Source: Salibacter sp.
Lineage (GTDB): Bacteria > Bacteroidota > Bacteroidia > Flavobacteriales_G > Salibacteraceae
Assembly: GCF_031581065.1 (NCBI RefSeq)
Contig: NZ_JAVLBN010000003.1
Coordinates: 2,009 to 66,008 of the forward strand
Length of the DNA stretch: 64,000 nt
Direction of reading: 5' to 3'
Under the pieces are notes generated by a model. That model did no database searches, was not told the DNA's origin, and worked only from the letters and a program-made list of their open reading frames with translations. This document shows positions 46,619 through 55,513 of the stretch, piece by piece. The translations under genes and the position numbers were made by a program. Numbering within the stretch: the first letter of the stretch is position 1; each line of letters starts with the position of its first letter.

Positions 46619-49532
46619 TTATTTACTAAATCTTAAATCGCTTCTCATATGTTTAATTTTCATTGTGCCATCTATTATTTACTCTCAGGTAACAGAAGGG
46701 CCATCTATTGATACAACTGAGTTTTTCAAAAACCTAGATTCAACGAATAATTTATCTAATCCTGGCACAACGGATAGCCTAATTTATTTTTCATCATTTA
46801 AGACTTTTTTTGAGGGCGATAATGAGATTGTTTGGAAAAGCCTCAACATAAAATATAGAGCGCCTGACACCCGAGACTTCAAACTGAAATTGTTCTACTC
46901 TGATTTTTTTCAGCTATTATCAGCTAATAATGAATATGCTTTTAGCCAGGCCAAAGAGATAGACACAACCATTCTTTTACCATTTAGAGTAAAAGAAAAT
47001 TCAAGTCTTGAGGGAGGCACTACGACCAGCATAAGTGCTCAACTCCTTATCAATGAGCAGGAATTAGTTAAAGAGGCTATATCATTTCTCCATTATAAAA
47101 GAAAATCATCCTGGGACTTTAGTGCTGAGTTGAGTAATCCTTTGTGGTTGAAAAATGAAGCTGAAAAAAAAGTTTACGTTCGTGTATCGAACAAGAGCAA
47201 TTACACACAAACTTTTAATGTGAAGCTGAAGGCTCGAAGCACACAATCTTCTGAAGAAAAGATTTTTAAAATTAAGAAAAGAGCAGATACAGCTCTTGCC
47301 TTTAAAATCAAAAACCCTTCAACTAATTCTTTTGATGAAAACAGGATAACAATTGAGGTGGTTAATTCTGGTGAAACGAAGCGCCAAATTCTTTACACTC
47401 ATAATCCAGGTTCTAATTATGAAAATACCACTTACTTCACAGAAACACCAGCCAACCTGGAAGTTGGGGCTTTTAATTTTGGCTCTGGAGCCTCACCCAC
47501 ATACTCATTAAGAAGCTGGGGAGATATTCATTTTTCTTCCAATGAGAGGCTCCAGTATTCCTTCAACTTCTTCAATATTCTTTTTGACAGTCCTAATGTT
47601 GATCTTTGGAGATACAGTAGGCTCTCAATTATAGCTGATTTTCCAGGGTTAACCGTAAACGCAGGAGATCAAACTCTGGGGAACTTTTATCCAGAATGGG
47701 GAAGGGGCTTAAGCGCAACAAAAGTCTTCCAGGAATCAAATAATGAGGTTTCATTAGGTGCGGTAAATAACCTTTTTTTTGATAGAACAACATACAACGC
47801 CTCTGGGAAATTGCGTTTTGGTAATGTAGTATTAAGACCTTCATTTTCCAGGTCAACAGATGCTTCTAATCTGGTTCAAAAAATTGAAGGTAATATTTTT
47901 AGTGACTTCAGAATAAAAAAGCATTTAATATCAGCTGGTCTTTCTTTTTCACAAAGACAACACCTATATGATACGAATTCATTTAACACGCCATCACAGT
48001 TTTATCTTCCAGGCAGGACTCTAAATGGCTATGCTTATTCCCTAAGGTATGGGTTTTCAAATAAACTCTGGAGGATAAGACTAAAAACAAGAACCAAGTC
48101 AAAGTATCACGCAGGAGCATTTACCGGAACACAAAATCAAAGACTTCAAGTCACAAGAACGATCTCGCGAAAAAGCAGGGTCAGTGGTAGAGTTTCAAGA
48201 AGAAAGTTTGAGCCTTCTGAAACGTTTAGAGGGGTTTTGAGTAACCTGAACTATTACGATCTCACAAGAGCTATGCTCTTGTACCGAACCGAGATCTTAA
48301 AAACTAACCTTTCCTTTGGAACAAACTTTTTATATTCTGAAATAAGCAATAATTTAAATCAGTTAGATGGCACACCACTCGATTTAAATATTTATACCTC
48401 GCCAAGAATATATACGCGCTTATCTGGCAAAATTTCCTCTTATAGAATAAGCGCTCAGGCACAAGTTGGCCCAGTATATTTAAATCAAACCACACCAATT
48501 AACTTTTCCAATAATGCTTATCAAATTGGAGTAAATATCACTGATAACATTTCAAATATTTCATTGCGGTTTAATGATGGGTTAATTATACCCTCTGTTA
48601 CTGGTTTAAACTCATACACGCTCAATAACTCTCAAAGTTTTTTCTTGGCCTATCGTTACCGAAAAACACTTCTTGACCAAATGCTCGATCTCAACTTTAA
48701 CCTAAATTACAGTAATTACATAGAAGCACAAAGCACATTGGTTAGTGCATTTTTACAAAGTGACCTAAAGTTGAATCATGGCATTGAATTATCAGCATAT
48801 TTGAATTTTTCAACGGTAAATTATCAAAACCGTGAAACACAAACTCAATCACTTTTTACTAATGCAGGTTTTGCTCTGAGGAAAAAGTTTGACGTAAATC
48901 AGCCACAACTGAAGTATTTTGATTTGAGCTTTAATACTTTTTTTGACGAAAATGGTAACAATCAGCTCGACTCTACCGAGCTAAATATTCAAAATGTATT
49001 AGTGGAACTCGAAAACGTTATTGATGATAACCAGTCCGTTGAAAAGCGTTTACTTTCAAATGAAAGTGGAAAAGTGAATTTTAAGGACTTACCAGAAGGA
49101 AATTACACAGCTCATTTCACCCCCGTTGGAAAAAGCGAAATTAACCTTGGAGAAAAGGCTATATCATTCATGTTAAATAGTGATAAGACAGAAGATATTC
49201 CTTTATCTGAGGAATACAGCTTAAAGGGTCGGGTTATTTTTCAAAAAGCTAAGTTTTCTAGCGTTCAAAGTCTTGACTTTTCCAAAATTAAGTTAATAAT
49301 AAATGGACCCAGGGGTAAAGAAATCAAGACCTGGGCTTCTGATGATGGTCGTTTTAACTTTAACCTCAACAAAACCCCCGGGATTTATAAGCTATCAATT
49401 GACACTTCATTGTTACCTGATAACATTCTTGTAGAAAAACAATCTTATTATTTTGAAATGAATGGATTAAAAAGTTACTCAATTAACTTTAAGCTTTTTG
49501 AAAAAGAAAGGAAGTTAAATATAACAGAGTAG
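46512..49532 (+). CDS. Large (about 970-1006 aa) outer-membrane usher-like protein candidate; start uncertain
   Basis: A signal-like segment LKSLLICLIFIVPSIIYSQ begins right after the previous stop with no canonical start codon nearby. The nearest ATGs (46512, 46521) overlap the previous gene. The body has Ig-like N-terminal modules and a long amphipathic beta region containing LTVNAGDQTLGNFYPEWGRGLSATKVF. The C-terminal domain is SdrD-B/carboxypeptidase-regulatory-like (NGNNQLDSTELNIQNVLVEL...GKVNFKDLPEGNYTAHF). Confidence 0.45.
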   Translation: MFNMNLAQLIAPVNSQVSNLIFIQLKLNLYLNRFFDYLLNLKSLLICLIFIVPSIIYSQVTEGPSIDTTEFFKNLDSTNNLSNPGTTDSLIYFSSFKTFFEGDNEIVWKSLNIKYRAPDTRDFKLKLFYSDFFQLLSANNEYAFSQAKEIDTTILLPFRVKENSSLEGGTTTSISAQLLINEQELVKEAISFLHYKRKSSWDFSAELSNPLWLKNEAEKKVYVRVSNKSNYTQTFNVKLKARSTQSSEEKIFKIKKRADTALAFKIKNPSTNSFDENRITIEVVNSGETKRQILYTHNPGSNYENTTYFTETPANLEVGAFNFGSGASPTYSLRSWGDIHFSSNERLQYSFNFFNILFDSPNVDLWRYSRLSIIADFPGLTVNAGDQTLGNFYPEWGRGLSATKVFQESNNEVSLGAVNNLFFDRTTYNASGKLRFGNVVLRPSFSRSTDASNLVQKIEGNIFSDFRIKKHLISAGLSFSQRQHLYDTNSFNTPSQFYLPGRTLNGYAYSLRYGFSNKLWRIRLKTRTKSKYHAGAFTGTQNQRLQVTRTISRKSRVSGRVSRRKFEPSETFRGVLSNLNYYDLTRAMLLYRTEILKTNLSFGTNFLYSEISNNLNQLDGTPLDLNIYTSPRIYTRLSGKISSYRISAQAQVGPVYLNQTTPINFSNNAYQIGVNITDNISNISLRFNDGLIIPSVTGLNSYTLNNSQSFFLAYRYRKTLLDQMLDLNFNLNYSNYIEAQSTLVSAFLQSDLKLNHGIELSAYLNFSTVNYQNRETQTQSLFTNAGFALRKKFDVNQPQLKYFDLSFNTFFDENGNNQLDSTELNIQNVLVELENVIDDNQSVEKRLLSNESGKVNFKDLPEGNYTAHFTPVGKSEINLGEKAISFMLNSDKTEDIPLSEEYSLKGRVIFQKAKFSSVQSLDFSKIKLIINGPRGKEIKTWASDDGRFNFNLNKTPGIYKLSIDTSLLPDNILVEKQSYYFEMNGLKSYSINFKLFEKERKLNITE

Positions 49533-49543
49533 CGATTTAGGAC

Positions 49544-50215
49544 TTAGTCTTTTTCATGCTTTGATAGGCTCTCAGCGAAGAACTTCCTGTGAAAGATTAA
49601 AATAATCCCAACTCCAATTGAAATGGCTGTATCAGCAATGTTGAAAATGGGTCTGAAAAAGATAAAATGATCACCACCAACGAGCGGAACCCAATCAGGA
49701 AAAAAGCCGCTGATGAGTGGGAAGTAGAGCATATCCACAACTTTTCCGTGCATCCAGGTTCCGTAACCGCCACCCTCGGGGAATAGTTGTGCAATGCTGT
49801 AATAGCTGTCGCTGAATATGACTCCGTAAAATACTGAGTCAATGATGTTTCCCAACGCACCGGCCAGAATGAGTGTTACCCCAATGACAGCCCCTTTAGG
49901 TGCGCCTTCTTTGGTAATTCTTACAATGTATCGCGCAATGAAAAACACGGCCACAATTCGAAAGAGGGTTAGGAAGAGCTTGCCGTAGTCACCGCCAAAC
50001 TCCATCCCGAAAGCCATTCCGGGATTTTCAGTGAAGTGAATAATAAACCAGTCGCCCAAAACAGAGAACTCTTCGTTCAGGTACATGTTGAGCTTTACCA
50101 TGAACTTAGAGATCTGGTCGATAAGTAAAACTCCCAGTAGTACTAATACCGGGAGTTGAAAATGTTTTTCGTTTTTAGCCAAACTGATCGATGCTGCGGT
50201 TGCTGTTGACAACAA
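49544..50215 (-). CDS. lspA: Lipoprotein signal peptidase II
   Basis: 223 aa with LIDQISK, GALGNIIDS and FNIADTAISIG motifs. Confidence 0.88.
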   Translation of the reverse strand: MLSTATAASISLAKNEKHFQLPVLVLLGVLLIDQISKFMVKLNMYLNEEFSVLGDWFIIHFTENPGMAFGMEFGGDYGKLFLTLFRIVAVFFIARYIVRITKEGAPKGAVIGVTLILAGALGNIIDSVFYGVIFSDSYYSIAQLFPEGGGYGTWMHGKVVDMLYFPLISGFFPDWVPLVGGDHFIFFRPIFNIADTAISIGVGIILIFHRKFFAESLSKHEKD

Positions 50216-50593
50216 TTATTGCATTCGCTTAGCTTCAATGCTAAGGGTTGCGTGTGGAACTACTCTCAAGCGGTCTTTTGAAATGAGTTTTCCGGTTTTA
50301 CGGCAAACACCGTAAGTTTTGTTTTCAATGCGAACGAGTGCAGCTCTCAGGTGTTTGATAAACTTTTCCTGGCGAGCAGCTAATTGAGCAGTTTCTTCAC
50401 GAGAAAGTGTGTCAGATCCATCTTCCATCATTTTGAAAGTTGGAGATGTATCATCAGTTCCGTTATTGTTGTGTGAAATACTCGAGTTTAAAAGTTCGAG
50501 ATCTTTTTCAGCTTCAACAATTTTTTTGTCAATAATTTCTTTGAACTCAGCTAGCTCAGCATCGCTATATCTGTTTTTTTCTTTTGTTTCCAT
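50216..50593 (-). CDS. DksA/TraR-family protein
   Basis: 125 aa. Coiled-coil N-terminal part and a C-terminal YGVCRKTGKLISKDRLRVVPHATLSIEAK typical of Bacteroidota DksA-like proteins. Confidence 0.75.
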   Translation of the reverse strand: METKEKNRYSDAELAEFKEIIDKKIVEAEKDLELLNSSISHNNNGTDDTSPTFKMMEDGSDTLSREETAQLAARQEKFIKHLRAALVRIENKTYGVCRKTGKLISKDRLRVVPHATLSIEAKRMQ

Positions 50594-50618
50594 ACAGCGG
50601 AAATATTTTTATAGGTTG

Positions 50619-53600
50619 TTAAGTTCTTTCAATTTTAAACTTACAGGTGAGGTCTTCATTAAGCTCGCTTTCATGAACGTTATCGCCTGAAAGTGAGTCT
50701 ACAAAATTTAGCTCATCTGCCAATGTTTCCGCGCAAATATAATCGAAATTATCGTTTACTGCAGCGGTTAACAATTCTTGTGATTCAACAGTGATCTCAA
50801 TGCGGTCAGTTACGTCAAAACCACTGTCTTTACGCAGGTTTTGAATGCGGTTGACTAATTCACGCGTAATTCCCTCGTGGCGCAATTCATCATTCAGTTG
50901 AATGTCGAGTGCAACGGTAATTCCGTTTTCTGTCATAACGAGCCATCCGGGAATATCGTCAGTCGAAATCTCAACATCATCAATTGTGAGGGTTACATTT
51001 TCACCCTGAACCTCGATTTGGATCTGACCATTGCGTTCCAGCTCGTTGATATCTTCCTGTTCAAACTGATTGACAGCGGCTGCTATACCCTTCATCAGTT
51101 TGCCGTATTTTGGGCCTAGCGCTTTGAAATCGGGCTTGATCTGTTTTACCAATACGCCTTTCGTATCGTTGAGGAATTCGATTTCTTTGATGTTCGTTTC
51201 CGTTTTGATGAGGTTTGCCACATCGCTCAGTTGACGCTCAAAGGTGTCGTTCAGAACCGGAACCATGATCTTTTGAAGTGGCTGGCGAACTTTGATACTC
51301 TCTTTCTTGCGAAGAGCTAGAATCATTGAAGATACTTGCTGAGCGATAGACATGCGCTCTTCGAGGTCGGTGTCGATTTCACTTTCAACAACTTCTGGCA
51401 TGAAAGCGAGATGAACACTTTCCTGATCTTCTTTTGAGGTAACGCTGTTCAGATCGCGGTACAATTGCTCTGCGTAAAACGGAGCTATTGGAGCAGCCAG
51501 CTTTGCAACTGCCGTGAGACATTCGTAAAGCGTTTGATAAGCTGCAATTTTATCCTGACCGTAATCACCTCGCCAAAAACGTTTACGACTGAGGCGTACG
51601 TGCCAGTTCGATAGGTTTTCAACGACAAACTCCTGAATCAACCGGCCTGCTTTTGTTGGCTCGTAATCAGCGTAAGCTGCGTCAACTTCTTTGATGAGTG
51701 AGTTGAGTTTTGAAATTACCCAGCGATCGATCTCAGGGCGATCTTTGATGTCTATTTTATCCTCGCTGAAAGTAAAGCCATCTACGTTGGCGTAGAGCGA
51801 GAAGAAAGCGTAGGTATTTTGAAGGGCTCTGAAGAACTTGCGTTTAACTTCATTAACTCCTTCGAGATCAAACTTGAGGTTATCCCACGGCTGAGCATTC
51901 GTGATCATGTACCAGCGAATAGCATCTGTACCGTATTTTTCCATCGCTTCAAATGGCTCAACAGCATTGCCAAGGCGCTTCGACATCTTTTGTCCGTTCT
52001 TGTCGAGAACGAGTCCGTTTGAAACGACATTCTTGTAAGCTACGCTATCAAATATCATAGACCCGATGGCGTGCAACGTGAAGAACCAACCGCGTGTTTG
52101 GTCAACTCCTTCAGCGATGAAGTCGGCCGGGTAAGATTGGTTCTGATCGATAGCTTCTTTGTTTTCAAATGGGTAGTGATGTTGTGCGTAAGGCATTGAA
52201 CCGGAATCGAACCAAACATCAATCAAATCCTTTTCACGAGTCATCGTTTCACCCGATTTGCTCACGAGTTTTACATCATCAACATAAGGACGGTGAAGAT
52301 CAATTTGATCGTAATTCGATTCATCCATATTGCCTGGTTTGAAGTCAGCGAGCGGATTGTTGTCCATCACTCCGGCTTCAACGGCTTTGTCGATTTCGTC
52401 TTTCAGTTCTTCAACTGATCCCACGACTTTTACTTCGTCACCCTCTTCAGTTGTCCATACAGGAAGCGGAATTCCCCAGTAGCGTGAACGGGATAAATTC
52501 CAGTCGTTGAGGTTTTCGAGCCAATTCCCGAAACGGCCTTCACCGGTTGCTTTTGGTTTCCAGTTGATCGTTTTGTTGAGCCCGATCATTTGATCCTTCA
52601 TCTCAGTTGAGCGGATGAACCACGAATCGAGCGGGTAGTAGAGAACCGGCTTATCAGTACGCCAGCAATGCGGATAGCTGTGCGTGTACTTTTCAACATT
52701 AAAGGCGAGCCCTTCCATCTTGAGTTTGATGGAAATGCGCTCGTCAACGCTCAAATATTTATCAATGTTCTTGATGACATCTTTTAAATCGGTTTGTTGC
52801 TTTTTAAGGGCTTCTTCCTTTTCCTCATCGGTGAGGTACTCTTCTTTTACATATTCACCGCCAATTCCAAAAACATCATCTTTTACGGTTTCAAGGAATT
52901 TACCCTGTAAATCTACGAGTGGACTCGGGTTTCCGTTTTTGTCTTCCACGAGCATTGGTGGAACTCCGGCTTCTTTTGCTACGCGGGCATCATCAGCACC
53001 AAATGTTGGAGCGGTGTGAACGATTCCGGTACCATCTTCGGTAGTGACAAAGTCGCCCGGAATTACGCGAAAAGCATCATCCGGATTTTCCATCGGTTTG
53101 GCGTATGGAAGTAGTTGCTCGTAGTTTGTGCCCACGAGGTCTTTACCTTTGAACGATTCTGCGATGTAAAACGGAATCTTCTTGTCGCCTTTTTGGAAAG
53201 CTACAACGCCTTCAAGCGTATCGACCTGTTGGAATTTCTTTCCGAGGACGTTTTTGACAAGGTCCTTAGCCAACACGATAAATATTGGCTCGTGCGTGTA
53301 TTGGTTGAAGGTTCTGACCAGCACATAATCGATTTTTTCACCTACGGTCAGAGCCGTGTTTGAGGGCAACGTCCAGGGTGTAGTGGTCCATGCCAGCAGA
53401 TAGAGATTACCTTCTTCATAAGCAGCTTTAAGAGCCGGTACCTTGAAAGTAGAATCGGCAACTTTAAACTGTGCGATGATTGTTGTGTCCTTGACATCGC
53501 GATAGCAACCGGGCATGTTGAGCTCGTGCGAGCTGAGCCCGGTACCGGCTTTTGGCGAATAAGGCTGAATGGTGTAACCCTTGTAGAGCAAGTTCTTTTC

Positions 53601-54104
53601 GTGAAATTGCTTGAGCAACCACCACACTGTTTCGATGTATTTTGTTTTGTAGGTGATATACGGATCGTCCATATCCACCCAATACCCCATTTTTTCTGTG
53701 AGGTTGTTCCAGATATCAGTATAGCGCATTACCGCTTCGCGGCAGGCTTTGTTGTAATCAGCAATGGAAATTTTATCACCGATGTCTTCTTTGTTGATGC
53801 CCAGCTCCTTCTCAACGCCTAATTCAACTGGGAGTCCGTGTGTATCCCATCCAGCTTTGCGTTTTACCTGTTTGCCTTTCATCGTTTGATAGCGGCAAAA
53901 AAGGTCTTTGATGGTGCGGGCCATCACGTGGTGGATGCCCGGTTTCCCGTTAGCAGACGGAGGTCCTTCGTAAAAGACGAATGGGTCAGAACCGGTGCGT
54001 TCTTCAACCGACTTTTCAAAGATGCGGTTGTTTTTCCAGAATTCGTTTATTTCATCTGCAACCTCTGTGAGGTTTAACTGCTTGTATTCGTTGAATTTCG
54101 CCAT
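50619..54104 (-). CDS. ileS: Isoleucine--tRNA ligase
   Basis: 1161 aa. Class I HIGH-type motif (PSANGKPGIHHV) and KMSKS (KMSKRLGN), with the long Bacteroidota-type C-terminal extension. Confidence 0.95.
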   Translation of the reverse strand: MAKFNEYKQLNLTEVADEINEFWKNNRIFEKSVEERTGSDPFVFYEGPPSANGKPGIHHVMARTIKDLFCRYQTMKGKQVKRKAGWDTHGLPVELGVEKELGINKEDIGDKISIADYNKACREAVMRYTDIWNNLTEKMGYWVDMDDPYITYKTKYIETVWWLLKQFHEKNLLYKGYTIQPYSPKAGTGLSSHELNMPGCYRDVKDTTIIAQFKVADSTFKVPALKAAYEEGNLYLLAWTTTPWTLPSNTALTVGEKIDYVLVRTFNQYTHEPIFIVLAKDLVKNVLGKKFQQVDTLEGVVAFQKGDKKIPFYIAESFKGKDLVGTNYEQLLPYAKPMENPDDAFRVIPGDFVTTEDGTGIVHTAPTFGADDARVAKEAGVPPMLVEDKNGNPSPLVDLQGKFLETVKDDVFGIGGEYVKEEYLTDEEKEEALKKQQTDLKDVIKNIDKYLSVDERISIKLKMEGLAFNVEKYTHSYPHCWRTDKPVLYYPLDSWFIRSTEMKDQMIGLNKTINWKPKATGEGRFGNWLENLNDWNLSRSRYWGIPLPVWTTEEGDEVKVVGSVEELKDEIDKAVEAGVMDNNPLADFKPGNMDESNYDQIDLHRPYVDDVKLVSKSGETMTREKDLIDVWFDSGSMPYAQHHYPFENKEAIDQNQSYPADFIAEGVDQTRGWFFTLHAIGSMIFDSVAYKNVVSNGLVLDKNGQKMSKRLGNAVEPFEAMEKYGTDAIRWYMITNAQPWDNLKFDLEGVNEVKRKFFRALQNTYAFFSLYANVDGFTFSEDKIDIKDRPEIDRWVISKLNSLIKEVDAAYADYEPTKAGRLIQEFVVENLSNWHVRLSRKRFWRGDYGQDKIAAYQTLYECLTAVAKLAAPIAPFYAEQLYRDLNSVTSKEDQESVHLAFMPEVVESEIDTDLEERMSIAQQVSSMILALRKKESIKVRQPLQKIMVPVLNDTFERQLSDVANLIKTETNIKEIEFLNDTKGVLVKQIKPDFKALGPKYGKLMKGIAAAVNQFEQEDINELERNGQIQIEVQGENVTLTIDDVEISTDDIPGWLVMTENGITVALDIQLNDELRHEGITRELVNRIQNLRKDSGFDVTDRIEITVESQELLTAAVNDNFDYICAETLADELNFVDSLSGDNVHESELNEDLTCKFKIERT

Positions 54105-54673
54105 GATTTGGACTTTGCCCTAAAAATGCGAGCAAAGGTAAAATTTTGAATAGATTGCGCGGGTGTTAAAATGCATGTCCTTCGTGCAAGATGATATTAT
54201 CTTATCTGTGTTGCTCTATATTTTAAAGAAGTTAATCTTACAAATAATGCTTGTAAAATATTGCTCATGGGGAATTTAGTCTAAATGTGTTTTCACTGTG
54301 ATTAAATAATGAATTCATTATTATAAATTAGATTAGCAGGAGTTTATAAAAAACACATTCAACTAGTTGCTTTATTGATGCTTTAGGCTTTTGCAATGTA
54401 CTGCAAAAGCAACCTACAAGTGAATATCACCTTCTGTTAATATAAAAATGCAAATAGTTATCAATAATGTAAATTAAATCGATAATATACGTAAACATTT
54501 AGTGCTTATTTACACTCCTTAATGTTGTATGTATGTTACAGAAAGATTATCGGAAAAACGCAGATTATAAAAAAAAGGTAAAAATATTGTAAAAAAACAT
54601 ATTAGGTGCTTTTGATTTAATAATTGTATGATCTTGTTTAATCTAAAACATGATGTCTCATACACATCAAAAG

Positions 54674-54707
54674 CCTTACAAAACGTTAAATACGTTTTGT
54701 AAGGTTT
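54674..54707 (+). terminator. Orphan hairpin with U-rich tail in the ORF-free leader
   Basis: 12-bp perfect stem CCTTACAAAACG / CGTTTTGTAAGG with a 7-nt loop, followed by TTTATTT. Confidence 0.4.
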
Positions 54708-54760
54708 ATTTAAACAAATAGGTATTTTTAAGATTACACTCAAGATCGAGCACTTTCTTT

Positions 54761-54828
54761 AAGGTTTAGTTTATGTTTGATCAAGATTGTTAGGTTAGAC
54801 AGCCTCACAGAGTGGGGCTGTTTTTTTT
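54761..54828 (+). repeat. Copy A of a conserved motif-plus-terminator element (AAGGTTTAGTTTA..TTGTTAGGT..hairpin..T8)
   Basis: It shares AAGGTTTAGTTTA (54761-54773), TTGTTAGGT (54787-54795) and a terminator hairpin with the element directly after the adhesin gene at 58141-58212. Confidence 0.7.
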
Positions 54829-55482
54829 GAATGGTTTGTTATCAACCGCTCAATATTTGTTCTTTCTACTCTTTAATCAAATCCAAAAATCAATACGCTC
54901 TATTTTTTTAGGCCCTTTTATAAAATTTTGCTTTGAACGTCACTAAAACAGAATATTCATTTCATTTATGGATACTTCCTTTAAAAGTCACCTGAGCAAA
55001 TTCTATTTTTAAAGCCCGCTTAATCTGCTTGGCTTTTTTCTCAATATTCTAAAGTGCCTCAACCAATTAACCTTTCTGACTTTAATGTTATGAATAGTGT
55101 CAAGATCTGTTCTGTTAAGCACTATTTAGGGTATGTATTGCTGGAACTCTAACTTTTTCAGTTTGAGTTTTTAAAATAAACGTTTTGAAAAAAATTTTGC
55201 TGCCTACGTATTAGAAGAGCTTTATTGATCGATTAGGTGGAAATTTCCTTATTTTCATTAAAGGTGTAATCCCTTGTTCAATAGTTTTATGCTTTCCTCT
55301 TAGTTCGTATTATAACCATTAAAGTTAATTACCTCAAATAATGCCATGCGTGCTATTCAAAAATAGCAAATATAATTTAAAAAAAAGTACTTAAAAAAGC
55401 AAAAAACAGATCATTTCTATCACTTTTTATCACATCTCACATAACAACAACTAAATTCAATATAAGGCCTTAGAGATAGTGG

Positions 55483-55490
55483 TATTTTTG
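55483..55490 (+). promoter_or_regulatory. Candidate -7 box (TAnnTTTG) for the adhesin gene
   Basis: TATTTTTG lies 24 nt upstream of the ATG at 55514. There is no clear -33 element. Confidence 0.3.
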
Positions 55491-55513
55491 TAAAAATTTT
55501 AAAAAAAATTGTC

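Noticed and set aside
3120-53993. Possibility that the GGTTCTGAC excess is a by-product of a common peptide or of codon usage.
   Set aside because: The word is read in five different frames on either coding orientation (VLT, GQN, VRT, SEP, GSD) and also occurs intergenically. No single peptide or codon preference can explain it. Only the GGATCTGAC variant (mostly G-S-D) remains open to that explanation.
54519-54743. 74-aa minus-strand ORF in the AT-rich leader.
   Set aside because: It has a low-complexity, Ile/Lys/Phe/Asn-rich translation driven by AT content. It overlaps the orphan hairpin and has no start context or recognisable motif.
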